64,000 nucleotides of DNA from Meyerozyma guilliermondii (lineage: Eukaryota), in assembly GCA_051546255.1 (NCBI GenBank), contig CP128817.1, positions 744,001-808,000 of the forward strand, in the 5' to 3' direction. Of this stretch, positions 62,492 through 64,000 are shown in pieces; the first letter of the stretch is position 1, and each line of letters opens with the position of its first letter. The notes beneath the pieces are model-generated. The model was not told the DNA's origin, did no database searches, and was given only the letters and a program-made list of their open reading frames with translations. Made by a program: the position numbers and the translations under genes.

Positions 62492-64000
62492 TTAGTCTTC
62501 CAATCGTTGTCCTTCGACGTACGAGCAAGCTGCACGATATATCATCTCCTGGATCTTTCGAGCTTGCTCTAAGACCTCGGTTGGAATCAACTCGTCAGGC
62601 AGCTCAACCTGTAGCCGCTTAAGCTCGTGGCCATCGATAAAGCGGACTCCTGAATTCATGACAATGGTATTTGAGCGTTTGGCGTAGTCTTCAATGGAGT
62701 AGTCTTTTCTTGAAGTCATACTCATAGCTATCTTGGACGCAGAACTCAAAGATTCCACCGAACCATTATTAAGAACTATCGTCTCCAAGGTTCCCTTGAT
62801 CAAAGGGTAAATCAATAACAAGAGATTGACGTCGTTCTCAACGAGGTAATCGAAAAGATGCAAAAGACGGGTTCTGAACACATTGTCACACGACTCGGTC
62901 TTGAAGAAATGACAGGCGGTAATAATTGTAAGATCAGAATCGCTTGTCCGCTCGGAGAAGTAGTCAAGAATTAATTTGGGAATTGACCCTTCTCTGACCC
63001 GTATCCTGTCGCTAGTTTCCAAGCCAAGCTCGTTCAGTATGGCTTCAAATTGTGGTTCTGAAACGCTGAGGTATAAGAAGAAAAGATACCGCATAATCAA
63101 CAGGGTGGAACCAACTGACTCTTTGATTAAGCGACAGTACTCTCGCATGCAAACAATAGACGTATGTCTCAAGTGAGGAAGCTTCAATCCTTGCGATAAA
63201 ATAGCAAACACATAGGTCTCGTAGTTGAGTTTAGTGACAGTTACCTCTTGTTCTTGCTCAAAAGAACTCAACAAAGGCTCAAGAATAACACGATCAGCAA
63301 ATATTTTTTCCAAATAATCATGACCATACGGTATAAGCTTTTTCCGTATGGTAACAATAGTTTGAACTGCTGGTTGATAAAATGCAGAATAACTCATCAG
63401 CGCAGAACTTAATGATGCCCATATCATAACCGAAGGAAGGTATGATGAAGAAGAAACTCCACTCAAGATGCGTGCTATAGAAGTGGACGTATTGATCAAG
63501 TAGTCCAAGGAGAACACAGCATGCTTACTTATCAACTTGAGTATTCTGGTAGCGGTCGAATCGTTTATACCTTTCTTTGAAACAATTCCAACAAGAAGAA
63601 TGGCTCTGGTTTGAAACGATGAAGCACGCATGAATGCCACATCTATGGCATAAGAACACCATCTTGCGATCCAATTAGTTCTCAGGGCAGGATCACCGAG
63701 AGTTTGAACAAGCTCGCTAAGATAATCACAAAGAACCTCAAAGCTTGAAGCCCTATTAAAGATCTGTCCAATTTCAGAATAGGTTCGATTATGTTCACGA
63801 GCCATGCCGAATAACATACGGGCTCTTTGACTTGTAAAAAACGTCAATGTGTTGGACACAATTTCCATTTCTCGGGGTGTCACATCGGGTTTCTTCAAGA
63901 AAGAGTGTATGGCATTGATAACCAACCGCTGTAAGTCTTCACCCAACTGCAATGTGGGATTGTCAATGAAGAGGGTGCAGAAGAAGATAACGTCTGCCAA
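62492..64000 (-). CDS. IRA2: C-terminal part of a neurofibromin-like Ras GAP (runs off the window end)
   Basis: Open frame of more than 500 codons; helical, with RW...A.DVAF...S.FQTRA as in the Ira/NF1 C-terminus; next to REX4 and AVO1 as in S. cerevisiae. Confidence 0.72.
   Translation of the reverse strand: MADVIFFCTLFIDNPTLQLGEDLQRLVINAIHSFLKKPDVTPREMEIVSNTLTFFTSQRARMLFGMAREHNRTYSEIGQIFNRASSFEVLCDYLSELVQTLGDPALRTNWIARWCSYAIDVAFMRASSFQTRAILLVGIVSKKGINDSTATRILKLISKHAVFSLDYLINTSTSIARILSGVSSSSYLPSVMIWASLSSALMSYSAFYQPAVQTIVTIRKKLIPYGHDYLEKIFADRVILEPLLSSFEQEQEVTVTKLNYETYVFAILSQGLKLPHLRHTSIVCMREYCRLIKESVGSTLLIMRYLFFLYLSVSEPQFEAILNELGLETSDRIRVREGSIPKLILDYFSERTSDSDLTIITACHFFKTESCDNVFRTRLLHLFDYLVENDVNLLLLIYPLIKGTLETIVLNNGSVESLSSASKIAMSMTSRKDYSIEDYAKRSNTIVMNSGVRFIDGHELKRLQVELPDELIPTEVLEQARKIQEMIYRAACSYVEGQRLED

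Noticed and set aside
1..64000. tRNA, rRNA or snoRNA genes
   Set aside because: No cloverleaf with A/B boxes and no clear C/D or H/ACA structure was recognised by eye; tRNAscan-SE and Rfam scans would be needed to exclude them.

Overview
Gene-dense fungal chromosomal segment from a budding yeast that uses the alternative yeast nuclear code (CUG=Ser). In-frame CTG codons fall on conserved Ser positions in RIB3, REX4, ATG18 and an aldo-keto reductase. The moderate GC content and very short intergenic spaces suggest a Debaryomycetaceae/Meyerozyma-like CTG-clade yeast, but the species cannot be fixed from sequence alone. About 32 protein-coding genes are supported: VPS74 (partial), FAB1, a Sur7/PalI protein, TLG2, a ROD1/ROG3 arrestin, AMN1, an orphan CxxC protein, an LYRM2-like protein, MDM20, an ENA Na+-ATPase, a histidine phosphatase, ECM31, GLO1, UBP6, MIC19, MGR2, FMP30, GCN20, a glutaredoxin, HFD1, an aldo-keto reductase, a SnoaL-like protein, a Hal3-like flavoprotein, an alpha/beta hydrolase, ATG18, DIS3, RIB3, IRC25, WRS1, RPL27, a DHA1 MFS transporter, PKH, AVO1, REX4 and IRA (partial). 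Four spliceosomal introns missed by the ORF track were reconstructed (UBP6, MIC19, GRX, RPL27). No tRNA, rRNA, transposon or CRISPR was recognised. The most unusual observations are: (1) the GCN20 UGA-CUA stop followed by 41 stop-free codons in frame with FMP30; (2) a CTG-free SnoaL-like gene that may be horizontally acquired; (3) a Hal3/PPCDC-family protein lacking the catalytic motifs; (4) possible mitochondrial, cytosolic and peroxisomal targeting of GLO1; (5) several dense promoter motif clusters. All gene names come from recalled motif similarity, not from database searches.
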